A stretch of DNA of 64,000 bases, taken from positions 19,189 through 83,188 of IMG/VR virus record IMGVR_UViG_3300025009_000896. The stretch is one strand, 5' to 3'. This DNA is from a virus. A program made the translations under genes and the position numbers. The notes under the pieces are model-generated. The model made no database searches and was not told where the DNA came from. It saw only the letters and a program-made list of their open reading frames with translations. Positions 28,503 through 36,329 of this stretch are shown here, one piece after another. Position 1 is the stretch's first letter. Each line of letters opens with the position of its first letter.

Positions 28503-29420
28503 ATGATAGAAATAAACAAAATACACGAGGGAGATTGCACCGATGGGTTATCTAAATTACCCGATAAGTCTGTTAATTGTTGCGTAACGTCACCGCCTTA
28601 TTACGGGCTAAGGGACTATGGCGTTGAGGGTCAGATGGGATTAGAGGCTACGCCAGAACAATATGTGGATAATATGGTTAAATTGTTTACTGAAGTTAAG
28701 CGTGCGTTAAGGGATGATGGCACATTGTGGCTTAACCTTGGGGATAGTTACGCGGGAAGCGGAGGTGCGGGGTATCAATTTGGAGACCCTAAAAAACCAA
28801 AAATAAGTCACTTTGATAACCCAAATAAGAAAATTAATGGGTATAAGTCTAAGGATTTAATAGGCATACCGTGGATGGTAGCCTTTGCCCTGCGCACTGA
28901 CGGGTGGTATCTAAGACAAGACATAATATGGCACAAGCCTAACCCGATGCCAGAGAGCGTGACCGACAGGTGTACTAAGTCGCATGAGTATATTTTTTTG
29001 ATGAGCAAGTCTCCGAAGTATTATTACGACAATGAGGCAATAGCAGAAGATACGGTAACGCAAGATAGTGGAGTCAGGGATAGGGATAATTCTCGGCTAA
29101 ACAACACGCCGGGGAGGACACGTATGGGTGGGTTAACAACGAATGATTATGAAAGGCGTAATAAGCGCTCCGTTTGGACAGTTAATACTATGCCTTACTC
29201 AGAAGCCCACTTTGCCACCTTCCCCGAAAAACTAATAGTTGACATGATTAAGGCAGGTTGCCCCGAAGGGGGGACTGTTTTAGACCCGTTTATGGGGGCG
29301 GGTACGACAGCCGTTGTCGCCCGTAAGCTAAACCGCAACTATGTAGGATTTGAACTTAACCCTAAGTATATTGAGATAGCCGAGAAAAGGCTGTATGACG
29401 AGTTGGGGATGTATCTATAA
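28503..29420 (+). CDS. DNA amino-methyltransferase (N4C/N6A, beta class)
   Basis: TSPPY motif IV precedes VLDPFMGAGTT motif I; HFATFP. Confidence 0.93.
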   Translation: MIEINKIHEGDCTDGLSKLPDKSVNCCVTSPPYYGLRDYGVEGQMGLEATPEQYVDNMVKLFTEVKRALRDDGTLWLNLGDSYAGSGGAGYQFGDPKKPKISHFDNPNKKINGYKSKDLIGIPWMVAFALRTDGWYLRQDIIWHKPNPMPESVTDRCTKSHEYIFLMSKSPKYYYDNEAIAEDTVTQDSGVRDRDNSRLNNTPGRTRMGGLTTNDYERRNKRSVWTVNTMPYSEAHFATFPEKLIVDMIKAGCPEGGTVLDPFMGAGTTAVVARKLNRNYVGFELNPKYIEIAEKRLYDELGMYL

Positions 29421-29441
29421 ATACCATTGTTTTAGAATGAT

Positions 29442-29530
29442 TATCTTTGAGGTGATATGTGCAGATGTCTAACAAAGTTTTATCCATAGGGAGTAGGGGC
29501 TGCACCTCCGAAACCTGTGGATTTTTAATT
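29442..29530 (+). promoter_or_regulatory. promoter plus structured 5' leader
   Basis: TATCTTTG at 29442-29449; GTGCAG (29459) complementary to CTGCAC (29500) inside hairpin ATCCATAGG...CCTGTGGAT plus T run. Confidence 0.55.
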
Positions 29531-29538
29531 TATGTATT

Positions 29539-30345
29539 ATGGAAAGAGTTAGTGGTATTTACAGAATTTGCTCAAAAGTTCACCCCGACAGGTTTTATTA
29601 TGGCAGTGCCGTGTGTTTCTCTGAAAGATGGAGGCTTCATCTATTAAAACTCAGGAAGTATAAACATGAAAATGCCAAACTTCAAAATCACTACAACAAG
29701 TATGGCTCAGATGATTTATTTTTTGAGGTGGTTGTAGAGTGTGACGTTGATTCCTTGCTTGCAATAGAAAATACTTATCTTAACCCCCTCCCGTTTTTCA
29801 ATATATGTCCAACGGCGGGGAGCAGTTTGGGTGTTAAGCGTACTGATGAGTATAAGGATAAGATGCGAAGGTCTAAAAAGAATCCCTCCCAAGAGCTAAG
29901 GGATAAAATAGGGATGTCCCTAAGGGGGAACATACCGTGGAATAAGGGTAAAAAATTATCAGAAGAGCATGTTAGGAAACTGAGCGAGTCTCATATGGGA
30001 TACGTGCCCACGGATGAGCATCGTAAAAATCTCAGCAAGGCGAATATGGGGCGAAAAATGACTGATGAACAGCGGGAGCGGGTGAGATTGCGGATGATTG
30101 GAAACACAAACGCGGCGGGGCGGATTATATCTGACGAGACCCGAGAAAAACTGAGTAAAGCCCTTCGTGGGAAAAAGAGATCAGAGGCCGAGGCTAATAG
30201 ACTAAGAACAATAGGGATAGGTCGGCACCCAAACGAAGAAACGAGAAGAAAAATAAGTGAAGCGTCAAAGGAGATGTGGCGAAGGCGTAGGGAGGCGAAA
30301 CTGTTAATGTTAGAGGAATCCCAAAACCATAGTTCTGAGGATTAA
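29539..30345 (+). CDS. GIY-YIG homing endonuclease with NUMOD3 repeats
   Basis: SGIYRI...FYYGSA...RW..H...LQNHYNKYG; repeated SEEH.RKLSES / SDETREKLS. Confidence 0.92.
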   Translation: MERVSGIYRICSKVHPDRFYYGSAVCFSERWRLHLLKLRKYKHENAKLQNHYNKYGSDDLFFEVVVECDVDSLLAIENTYLNPLPFFNICPTAGSSLGVKRTDEYKDKMRRSKKNPSQELRDKIGMSLRGNIPWNKGKKLSEEHVRKLSESHMGYVPTDEHRKNLSKANMGRKMTDEQRERVRLRMIGNTNAAGRIISDETREKLSKALRGKKRSEAEANRLRTIGIGRHPNEETRRKISEASKEMWRRRREAKLLMLEESQNHSSED

Positions 30346-30393
30346 TTACCTTTGACCTGTATTAACCAATTAAACGCCGGTAAGGTCAAAAAA

Positions 30394-30867
30394 ATGTTGC
30401 TGAAAACCACGATTACAAAGTGCGAACATTCGTTTCGCTACGGAGACATCCCCGCCACAGGCAAGGAGTTTCTTCTTAACACAAACCGTATAAATGCGGT
30501 AAGGGCCAGCGGAGCGGCAGGCTCGTCATTTTATTTTTCTGAGAATTTATTTAGTAATAGGGAGAGTCCTACATATATGGTATCCTCAAACTCCACTCCT
30601 GCGGCCATCGCTACGGTTGCAGACCTTACGTTTGAGAACAACCTTATGGACATGACCCTTTGCACTGACAACCTGACTACGGGTGCACACATCGCCGAAA
30701 AAGTCAACGTCGAGAGTATTGCACTTGCTTGGGCACATGAGGAAGACAGTGATTATTCTTGGCTTGTATTTTTCCTCGGAGCGTTTTCGAGGAAACTCGT
30801 TCTTGTTGCTGCTCCACTCGAAGCGATCAAGGATTCCGCTGATACTGGTACAACCACCACGTGGTGA
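30394..30867 (+). CDS. hypothetical protein, possibly structural, with Thr-run C-terminus
   Basis: Own promoter TACCTTTG at 30347-30354 and own terminator; ends DTGTTTTW. Confidence 0.6.
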   Translation: MLLKTTITKCEHSFRYGDIPATGKEFLLNTNRINAVRASGAAGSSFYFSENLFSNRESPTYMVSSNSTPAAIATVADLTFENNLMDMTLCTDNLTTGAHIAEKVNVESIALAWAHEEDSDYSWLVFFLGAFSRKLVLVAAPLEAIKDSADTGTTTTW

Positions 30868-30912
30868 GATAGTTAGCAAGTTTCTTTTTGTTTTCATAGT
30901 TTTAGTTTTTTT

Positions 30913-30942
30913 AAGGAGGGAGCGGTTCCCTCCTTTTTTATT
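30913..30942 (+). terminator. intrinsic terminator
   Basis: AAGGAGGGA-GCGGT-TCCCTCCTT followed by T tract. Confidence 0.8.
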
Positions 30943-30971
30943 ACCTTTGCTGAAACCAACGGACATAATCT

Positions 30972-31658
30972 ATGCAATTAAAGGATATAGATGTTTCAAG
31001 ACTATCATTCGACATATTTGATAGCGACTTCACAACGACTATAAAAGAAAAGATACCTGAGTTCAACGAATACGAAGGAGTGATACCTGAGTTAGACGTA
31101 TTCAGGTTTGTTGTTATAATGTGGGATATGAAGTCTCCTATGTTACGTGAGGTTGATGACTATTATGCACGTATGTATGCTACCGCATCAATGGTGGGGT
31201 TCCCAAGGACTAAAAACAACTTCAGCAAGGAGGCAGACGAGATAATCATAGGTAAGAATGAGAGCGTGAACAGGATGATAGTAGCCTATACTGCGTACAT
31301 GGGCGTACCCGAGTATCAGTACCTAATGGCTTATCAGGCGCTGTTCGCAAGTGAATACGCTAAAGTTTTGAGGGGCAAGGGCGGCAAGGACAGCGACAAG
31401 ATATTAGAGAACGCAAGCGGGAAGGTCACTAAGTTCACGAGGGCTATCTTCGGGTCGGGAGACTACGATGAGTACTCTTTGAGGAGACAGGCGTTGTATC
31501 AGAAGATTGAGAAAGACAAATTAAGATTAAGACCCGAGCAGATCATCAGGGACTTAACGGATAACGGAGATTTGCCTGAAGACTTTAACCCCTACGGTGA
31601 CTACTCTATCGATATAAATAAGGATATTAAGTTCGTTGGTGATGGCAAAGAAGGTTGA
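30972..31658 (+). CDS. putative terminase small subunit or packaging-associated protein
   Basis: Directly upstream of and overlapping TerL; positional inference only. Confidence 0.45.
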   Translation: MQLKDIDVSRLSFDIFDSDFTTTIKEKIPEFNEYEGVIPELDVFRFVVIMWDMKSPMLREVDDYYARMYATASMVGFPRTKNNFSKEADEIIIGKNESVNRMIVAYTAYMGVPEYQYLMAYQALFASEYAKVLRGKGGKDSDKILENASGKVTKFTRAIFGSGDYDEYSLRRQALYQKIEKDKLRLRPEQIIRDLTDNGDLPEDFNPYGDYSIDINKDIKFVGDGKEG

Positions 31659-33978
31659 TTACACCGAACTTTACGTTCCGGCTGACACTGTTTTTGCAAT
31701 TAATAACCTCGATCCAGATCGAAAGACTATCGTTTTGTCTCTGCCCAAACCACCGAACGTAAACACTATTGATAATTTTGGCCTACACCCTGACGAACAG
31801 TATTTCAAACGGTGGAAGACACCTAAGAAGCTATTAACTATTGAAAAAGAGGTCTTAAGAGAACTTCAGGATATTCAAAAGGGCAACAGACAGGAGACTG
31901 TAACGGGGTATAAAATAATTGACAAGTTCTGGGATAAGGTAGAAGAAGAAAGGGACGACTTAGAGGCAGAGATAGACTTCATTAAGAAGCTGTGGTGGCA
32001 TAGGATGAACGGCTATTGGTTCTACAACGACGGCAAACCAACGTACATAACCGGAAGGCACTTCATGTTCCTGAACTTCTTTTATCAACCCGATATAACT
32101 ACTAACGACGGGTACCCTGAGTACAGAGACAGACACCGGAGGGAGTTTCTATTCAGAGAGTATCTGAGGCACGCTACCGAGACGTTTGCCAAGAGAGATG
32201 AAAGAGGGTGGGCTGTGCCTAATGCTGATGGTAGTTATGATATGATTGATGTGGGGTCGAGAGTAAGCTATGGAGACATACATCCTAAGTCCCGAAGGAA
32301 CGGTTCTACAATGATGGCATTGTGTGATATGATTGAAAGTTCGGAAAGGAGTTTTGGTATCTACTCTACTATAATTTCAAAAGACGGTGAGGCCACCGAG
32401 GAGCACTACAACCTTAAGCTACTTCCTTCGTGGGTAATGAGGCCGTATTTTCTTAAACCCGTGTGGCAGGGATCGTCCCAACCAACGCAGATAAAATATT
32501 TTCCTCCTAAAAACTACTACGGCAACGAAGCCCTGATGAGTGTCATTGACTACACCGTATCGGCCTCGGAGACTAAAAAAGATGGGTCTAAGTTTAATGG
32601 AGAACTCGTATGCGATGAGGAGGGCAAGGTTTCTGGATTAGGAGTCAACGTCTTACAGAGGTGGGACGTAAATAAGAACGCACTTGCCCTTGGTGACGGT
32701 ACTAAGATATTAGGATACTCTACTCACATCTCAACGGTAGAAGACATCAATGCTGCGGGTATGGCCTTCTTGGATATGCTTGAACTCTCTGACTTTTATC
32801 AAAGGGGAGAGAGTGGGCAGACTACATCAGGTCTTATGGCTCACCTGTATCCTTCTTATGACGGTCAGGAAAACTTCATAGATCGGTATGGTATGTCAGT
32901 CATTGACACCCCCACAGACCGACAGTGCCGCTTATCTCATTCAGCAATCTTCGCTACGCTTAAAAAGGGAGCCAAGCAATATCAACAGGAAAAGAGAGAT
33001 GACTTCTTAAAGAAGGGCACCCCTGCTGCTATGCAGTCTTATAGGGCTTATGTTAAGAAGTACCCGTGGAAGACAAGCGAACTCTATATGTCAACAGTCT
33101 CAGACATGGGCTTTGACTATGAGATACTTGACACCCGAATCATGGAGTTGAGGAAGATGAAGTCCTTGGGTAAGATGCCATATAAGGTCGGGAACTTCTA
33201 CCGTGAGGGAGACCCGTTAGAGGGTAGGGTATATTGGAAGACAGAACCCGAAGGGAAGTTTGAGTTATCCATGGAACTTAAGCCTGAAGAAGCAAATCTT
33301 AAACGTAAAACTTTGGTTTGGGATGGCACTAAGATGTCTATGGTGCCAGCTTGGGAGCCTGTTTATAAAACGAGGTTTACCGCAGGGGCTGATCCATTTC
33401 GTTTCAGGAACAGCAAAGACATCACCACTAATAAGCAATCTGATGGCGGAATAGCAGTATTATGGCACGATTTTTCTAAGCCCAATAAGTCAGAGAATAG
33501 GAAGTTTGTATTGTCATATAGGTATAGACCTCATACATTAGAAGAATACTGTGAGGACTGCATAAAAGTGTGTGAGTATTTTGGGGCTATGTGTTATCCC
33601 GAAAACAACCTCACAGGAGTATATGAGCACTTCATTAAGAGGATGAGGGGCGGATATCTTAAGTACGATCAAGACTCGATCACGGGTCGAGCAAAGGATA
33701 CCCCCGGATATTACGCATCTCCGGGAACAATAAACGACGGGATGTCCCAAATTAAAGATTACATAGTCTTCAATGGAGCAGAAGAAAATCACTTAAGTTT
33801 TTTGGAAGAGGTGCGTGGCATGAGAAGTGTAGATGATTTAACTAATAACGATAGGTTTGCAGCGCACATGGCCAGCTTACTCGGCGCCCTCAGCAGCTAC
33901 GGCAAGGCATCGGATTTTATGAATACTCAAACAATAGACCTCGGGAAAGTCTCTTGGTTACAAAAAAGATCATTTTAA
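31642..33978 (+). CDS. terL: terminase large subunit (crAss-like)
   Basis: GYWFYNDGKPTYITGRH.M.L; KSRRNGST Walker A variant; CDEEGK Walker B; nuclease AGADPF...SDG...YPENN...ND...A. Confidence 0.9.
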   Translation: MAKKVDYTELYVPADTVFAINNLDPDRKTIVLSLPKPPNVNTIDNFGLHPDEQYFKRWKTPKKLLTIEKEVLRELQDIQKGNRQETVTGYKIIDKFWDKVEEERDDLEAEIDFIKKLWWHRMNGYWFYNDGKPTYITGRHFMFLNFFYQPDITTNDGYPEYRDRHRREFLFREYLRHATETFAKRDERGWAVPNADGSYDMIDVGSRVSYGDIHPKSRRNGSTMMALCDMIESSERSFGIYSTIISKDGEATEEHYNLKLLPSWVMRPYFLKPVWQGSSQPTQIKYFPPKNYYGNEALMSVIDYTVSASETKKDGSKFNGELVCDEEGKVSGLGVNVLQRWDVNKNALALGDGTKILGYSTHISTVEDINAAGMAFLDMLELSDFYQRGESGQTTSGLMAHLYPSYDGQENFIDRYGMSVIDTPTDRQCRLSHSAIFATLKKGAKQYQQEKRDDFLKKGTPAAMQSYRAYVKKYPWKTSELYMSTVSDMGFDYEILDTRIMELRKMKSLGKMPYKVGNFYREGDPLEGRVYWKTEPEGKFELSMELKPEEANLKRKTLVWDGTKMSMVPAWEPVYKTRFTAGADPFRFRNSKDITTNKQSDGGIAVLWHDFSKPNKSENRKFVLSYRYRPHTLEEYCEDCIKVCEYFGAMCYPENNLTGVYEHFIKRMRGGYLKYDQDSITGRAKDTPGYYASPGTINDGMSQIKDYIVFNGAEENHLSFLEEVRGMRSVDDLTNNDRFAAHMASLLGALSSYGKASDFMNTQTIDLGKVSWLQKRSF

Positions 33979-33989
33979 TTTTTTATTAT

Positions 33990-33997
33990 TATCTTTG
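33990..33997 (+). promoter_or_regulatory. promoter -7 box for tRNA unit 1
   Basis: TATCTTTG; no clear -33 TTTG. Confidence 0.6.
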
Positions 33998-34001
33998 TGA
34001 C

Positions 34002-34052
34002 ATGAGAATGAATCAACATATAGAGCAGCCGATAAACTTACTTGGTGGGTGA
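34002..34052 (+). CDS. leader peptide 1 (MRMNQHIEQPINLLGG)
   Basis: Short ORF between promoter and terminator; core QHIEQPI matches downstream tRNAs Pro, Ile(UAU), His, Glu, Gln. Confidence 0.75.
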   Translation: MRMNQHIEQPINLLGG

Positions 34053-34072
34053 GGTAACTCTATATTGTATAT

Positions 34073-34103
34073 AGCCCTCCCCACAAGGAGGGTTTTTTGT
34101 TTT
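34073..34103 (+). terminator. attenuator terminator 1
   Basis: AGCCCTCC-CCACAA-GGAGGGTT followed by TTTTGTTTT. Confidence 0.85.
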
Positions 34104-34104
34104 A

Positions 34105-34189
34105 CGGAGTGTAGGTCTGTAGCTGGTAGCAGTCCTGCCTTGGAAGCAGGTGGAGCAATCCCTCGTCGGTTCGATCCCGGCCACTCCGA
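34105..34189 (+). tRNA. tRNA-Pro(UGG) with enlarged variable region
   Basis: Acceptor CGGAGTG/CACTCCG; anticodon arm CCTGC-CTTGGAA-GCAGG; GGTTCGATCCC T arm. Confidence 0.85.
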
Positions 34190-34194
34190 CTTAT

Positions 34195-34265
34195 TGAGGC
34201 TTCGTTTAACGGTAGGACGCACGGCTTATACCCATGTAATCAGAGTCCAATTCTCTGAGCCTCAA
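34195..34265 (+). tRNA. tRNA-Ile(UAU)
   Basis: Acceptor TGAGGCT/AGCCTCA; anticodon arm CACGG-CTTATAC-CCATG. Confidence 0.8.
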
Positions 34266-34267
34266 CT

Positions 34268-34340
34268 GTGTCAGATGCTCGTATGGACAGAGTGACGGAT
34301 TGTGACTCCGTTAGAAGCCAGTTCAAATCTGGTCTGACAC
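34268..34340 (+). tRNA. tRNA-His(GUG)
   Basis: 8-bp acceptor including G-1 (GTGTCAGA/TCTGACAC); ACGGA-TTGTGAC-TCCGT. Confidence 0.88.
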
Positions 34341-34345
34341 CCTAT

Positions 34346-34416
34346 GTTCGGTTCGTCTATCGGTAGGACGGCGGGTTTTCATCCCGTAAAGGCGAGTTCG
34401 ATTCTCGCACCGAATA
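34346..34416 (+). tRNA. tRNA-Glu(UUC)
   Basis: GTTCGGT/ACCGAAT; GCGGG-TTTTCAT-CCCGT; GTTCGATTC. Confidence 0.9.
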
Positions 34417-34421
34417 CATAT

Positions 34422-34492
34422 TGCCCTGTCGTATAGAGGTGGTACACATGGCTTTGAACCATGCGGAGAAGGGTCAGTACCTTCCGGGGCAT
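34422..34492 (+). tRNA. tRNA-Gln(UUG), atypical T loop
   Basis: TGCCCTG/CGGGGCA; CATGG-CTTTGAA-CCATG; T arm GAAGG-GTCAGTA-CCTTC. Confidence 0.8.
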
Positions 34493-34501
34493 CAAAATAA
34501 A

Positions 34502-34532
34502 TTTGCATATTAAATTAAAAGTATTATCTTTG
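34502..34532 (+). promoter_or_regulatory. promoter for tRNA unit 2
   Basis: TTTG-N19-TATCTTTG. Confidence 0.85.
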
Positions 34533-34551
34533 CAGTAATTAAGGCATAAGG

Positions 34552-34626
34552 ATGCAAATGGTAAGAAAAAATATGGTGAATATTGACCGCACAGGCGCAA
34601 CCGTGCGAAAGGGTATCCCCATATAG
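34552..34626 (+). CDS. leader peptide 2 (MQMVRKNMVNIDRTGATVRKGIPI)
   Basis: 22 of 24 residues belong to the 10 amino acids served by the downstream tRNAs. Confidence 0.8.
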   Translation: MQMVRKNMVNIDRTGATVRKGIPI

Positions 34627-34651
34627 TTCTTTGAAAGGATTATTAAGGCGG

Positions 34652-34683
34652 ATGCCCTCACAAAATGGGGGCATTTTTATTTT
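34652..34683 (+). terminator. attenuator terminator 2
   Basis: ATGCCCTCA-CAAAA-TGGGGGCAT followed by TTTTATTTT. Confidence 0.85.
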
Positions 34684-34753
34684 GGCTTATAGTTTAATGG
34701 TAGAACGCCTCGCTGATACCGAGGTAATTCAAGTCCGATTCTTGGTGAGCCAA
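34683..34753 (+). tRNA. tRNA-Ile(GAU)
   Basis: TGGCTTA/TGAGCCA; CCTCG-CTGATAC-CGAGG. Confidence 0.85.
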
Positions 34754-34759
34754 CAACAT

Positions 34760-34830
34760 TGTGGGGTAGAGTAACGGTAACTCGTGGGGCCCATAACCCC
34801 AAGCTGAGGGTTCAACTCCCCCTCCCGCAA
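34760..34830 (+). tRNA. tRNA-Met(CAU), initiator-like
   Basis: TGTGGGG/TCCCGCA; TGGGG-CCCATAA-CCCCA with consecutive G-C pairs. Confidence 0.85.
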
Positions 34831-34836
34831 CTAATT

Positions 34837-34910
34837 GGGAATGTAGCTCGTATGGAAGTAGCTACGGCCTGTTAAGCCGAAGGTAGAAGGTTCGAGTCCT
34901 TCCGTTCCCG
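34837..34910 (+). tRNA. tRNA-Asn(GUU)
   Basis: GGGAATG/CGTTCCC; ACGGC-CTGTTAA-GCCGA; GGTTCGAGTCC. Confidence 0.88.
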
Positions 34911-34914
34911 CAAT

Positions 34915-34986
34915 GCTCTTATGGTGTAATGAACAGCACAGGGGTCTTCTAATCCCTTAGTTTGGGTTTGATTCCTAATAGGAGCA
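34915..34986 (+). tRNA. tRNA-Arg(UCU)
   Basis: GCTCTTA/TAGGAGC; anticodon loop CTTCTAA. Confidence 0.78.
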
Positions 34987-34991
34987 CAAAT

Positions 34992-35066
34992 GCCTTCGTC
35001 GGCCCCTTGGTGGGGAACCAGACTGTCACTCTGGTAAAACAGACGGATCGTAACCGTTCGGGGGCG
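34992..35066 (+). tRNA. tRNA-Asp(GUC)
   Basis: GCCTTCG/CGGGGGC; CCAGA-CTGTCAC-TCTGG. Confidence 0.82.
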
Positions 35067-35069
35067 CAA

Positions 35070-35144
35070 GGGCTGTTCGTATAGTGGCTATTACTTCTGT
35101 TTTGCAAGCAGGAAACGAGATTTCGATTATCTCACAGTCCACCA
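35070..35144 (+). tRNA. tRNA-Ala(UGC)
   Basis: GGGCTGT/ACAGTCC with G3:U70 identity pair; TCTGT-TTTGCAA-GCAGG; encoded CCA. Confidence 0.88.
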
Positions 35145-35146
35145 AT

Positions 35147-35218
35147 GCGGGATAGGTGTTGACACATACACAGGAGTCTTCCAAACTTCAGTAGACGGAG
35201 GGTTACCGTCATCCCGCT
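35147..35218 (+). tRNA. tRNA-Gly(UCC), atypical D and T loops
   Basis: GCGGGAT/ATCCCGC with U73; GGAGT-CTTCCAA-ACTTC; T arm GACGG-AGGGTTA-CCGTC. Confidence 0.75.
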
Positions 35219-35222
35219 CTAA

Positions 35223-35293
35223 GTGATCGTAGCAAATCGGTTATGCCCCGCCCTTTTAAGGCGGTGAGATTGGTTCGACTCCAATCGGTCACA
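35223..35293 (+). tRNA. tRNA-Lys(UUU)
   Basis: GTGATCG/CGGTCAC; CCGCC-CTTTTAA-GGCGG; GGTTCGACTCC. Confidence 0.9.
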
Positions 35294-35298
35294 CAAAT

Positions 35299-35371
35299 GC
35301 GCTCATAGCATAATGGAAAGTGTGCAAGGCTACGAACCTTGGCGGTTGGAGTTCGACTCTTCATGGGCGTA
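35299..35371 (+). tRNA. tRNA-Arg(ACG)
   Basis: GCGCTCA/TGGGCGT; CAAGG-CTACGAA-CCTTG. Confidence 0.88.
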
Positions 35372-35376
35372 CTAAT

Positions 35377-35448
35377 GCTCCATAAGCATTGATGGCGATG
35401 CGCTAGTCTTGTAAACTTGAAAGCAGGGTTCGATTCCTTGATGGAGCT
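35377..35448 (+). tRNA. tRNA-Thr(UGU)
   Basis: GCTCCAT/ATGGAGC; CTAGT-CTTGTAA-ACTTG; GGTTCGATTCC. Confidence 0.88.
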
Positions 35449-35468
35449 CAGGTGGAATTTACAAACTA

Positions 35469-35500
35469 TTTGGAGGTTACAAATCTTTTGTATATCTTTG
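35469..35500 (+). promoter_or_regulatory. promoter of the inserted HNH gene
   Basis: TTTG-N20-TATCTTTG. Confidence 0.75.
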
Positions 35501-35504
35501 TGTT

Positions 35505-35924
35505 ATGGAAAAGAAAAAAGAATGTCCTAAATGTGGAATTAAAAAAACAATAGATTATTTTACTAAGTCTAAATCGCGCAAGGATGGGTTTGGGTCTTTT
35601 TGCCTAGAGTGTGGAAGAAAATACGGGCGGCTTCATTATAAAAATAATAAAGCTGAATATATTAAAAGAATATCCTCTAACAAAGAAAGGGTTCGTGATC
35701 TTTATATAACTCTTAAAAAGTCATATGTATGCAGTAAGTGCGGGGACAATAGATGGTATGTGTTAGATTTTCATCACGAAGGAAATAAGGAATCTGACAT
35801 AGCCCATATGGCATCGGAGGGATATTCAATAGATTCCATTAAAAAAGAGATAGAAAAATGTATAGTGTTATGTTCTAATTGCCACAGAGAATTACATTAC
35901 AAACAAAATGGGGGCATAGTTTAA
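35505..35924 (+). CDS. HNH homing endonuclease inside the tRNA array
   Basis: CPKC...CLEC zinc finger; CSKCG...LDFHH...EIEKCIVLCSNCHRELH; 3' end overlaps tRNA-Val. Confidence 0.9.
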   Translation: MEKKKECPKCGIKKTIDYFTKSKSRKDGFGSFCLECGRKYGRLHYKNNKAEYIKRISSNKERVRDLYITLKKSYVCSKCGDNRWYVLDFHHEGNKESDIAHMASEGYSIDSIKKEIEKCIVLCSNCHRELHYKQNGGIV

Positions 35925-35979
35925 TTGGCAAAACGTTTGTGTTACATACAAGTCATGACGTTCGAGTCGTCTGCCCCTA
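35910..35979 (+). tRNA. tRNA-Val(UAC)
   Basis: GGGGGCA/TGCCCCT; TTTGT-GTTACAT-ACAAG; GTTCGAGTC. Confidence 0.8.
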
Positions 35980-36016
35980 CTAATATTGTTCGATTCCAGT
36001 AGAGACTACAAGTTTA

Positions 36017-36048
36017 TTTGCATATATTAAAAACAATGATTACCTTTG
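36017..36048 (+). promoter_or_regulatory. promoter for tRNA unit 3
   Basis: TTTG-N20-TACCTTTG. Confidence 0.85.
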
Positions 36049-36055
36049 CCTTGAA

Positions 36056-36115
36056 ATGAGAAATTGTTGGTCATATAGTTCGTTTTTACTCTTGCTCTCA
36101 AAGCGAGGTAGATGA
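36056..36115 (+). CDS. leader peptide 3 (MRNCWSYSSFLLLLSKRGR)
   Basis: Core CWSYSSFLLLLS; downstream tRNAs are Leu, Leu, Ser, Tyr, Ser. Confidence 0.8.
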   Translation: MRNCWSYSSFLLLLSKRGR

Positions 36116-36137
36116 CCTATATATCCATATAGCATAG

Positions 36138-36168
36138 ACCTCGCCCATAAAGCGGGGTTTTTTATTTT
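36138..36168 (+). terminator. attenuator terminator 3
   Basis: ACCTCGC-CCATAAA-GCGGGGT followed by TTTTTATTTT. Confidence 0.85.
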
Positions 36169-36244
36169 GCTCCGGTAGCCCAATTGGTAGAATGGCAACG
36201 GGTTTAAGCCCCGTTCAGTGTCGGTTCGAATCCGACTCGGAGTA
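36169..36244 (+). tRNA. tRNA-Leu(UAA), short variable loop
   Basis: GCTCCGG/TCGGAGT; ACGGG-TTTAAGC-CCCGT; GGTTCGAATCC. Confidence 0.88.
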
Positions 36245-36249
36245 CAAAT

Positions 36250-36325
36250 GCCGCAGTAGCAGAATTGGCACGTGCGTTAGTCTTAGAAACTAATAGTTAT
36301 GTGAGTTCGAATCTCACCTGCGGTA
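36250..36325 (+). tRNA. tRNA-Leu(UAG), short variable loop
   Basis: GCCGCAG/CTGCGGT; TTAGT-CTTAGAA-ACTAA; GTTCGAATC. Confidence 0.88.
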
Positions 36326-36329
36326 CTAA

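Noticed and set aside
29539-30345. Group I intron around the GIY-YIG gene
   Set aside because: Flanking genes are complete and the endonuclease has its own promoter, so it appears free-standing.
33990-36168. T-box riboswitch explanation for the tRNA-operon leaders
   Set aside because: The leaders are too short for a T-box stem I and I see no T-box consensus placed in a proper antiterminator. Codon-matched ORFs explain them better.
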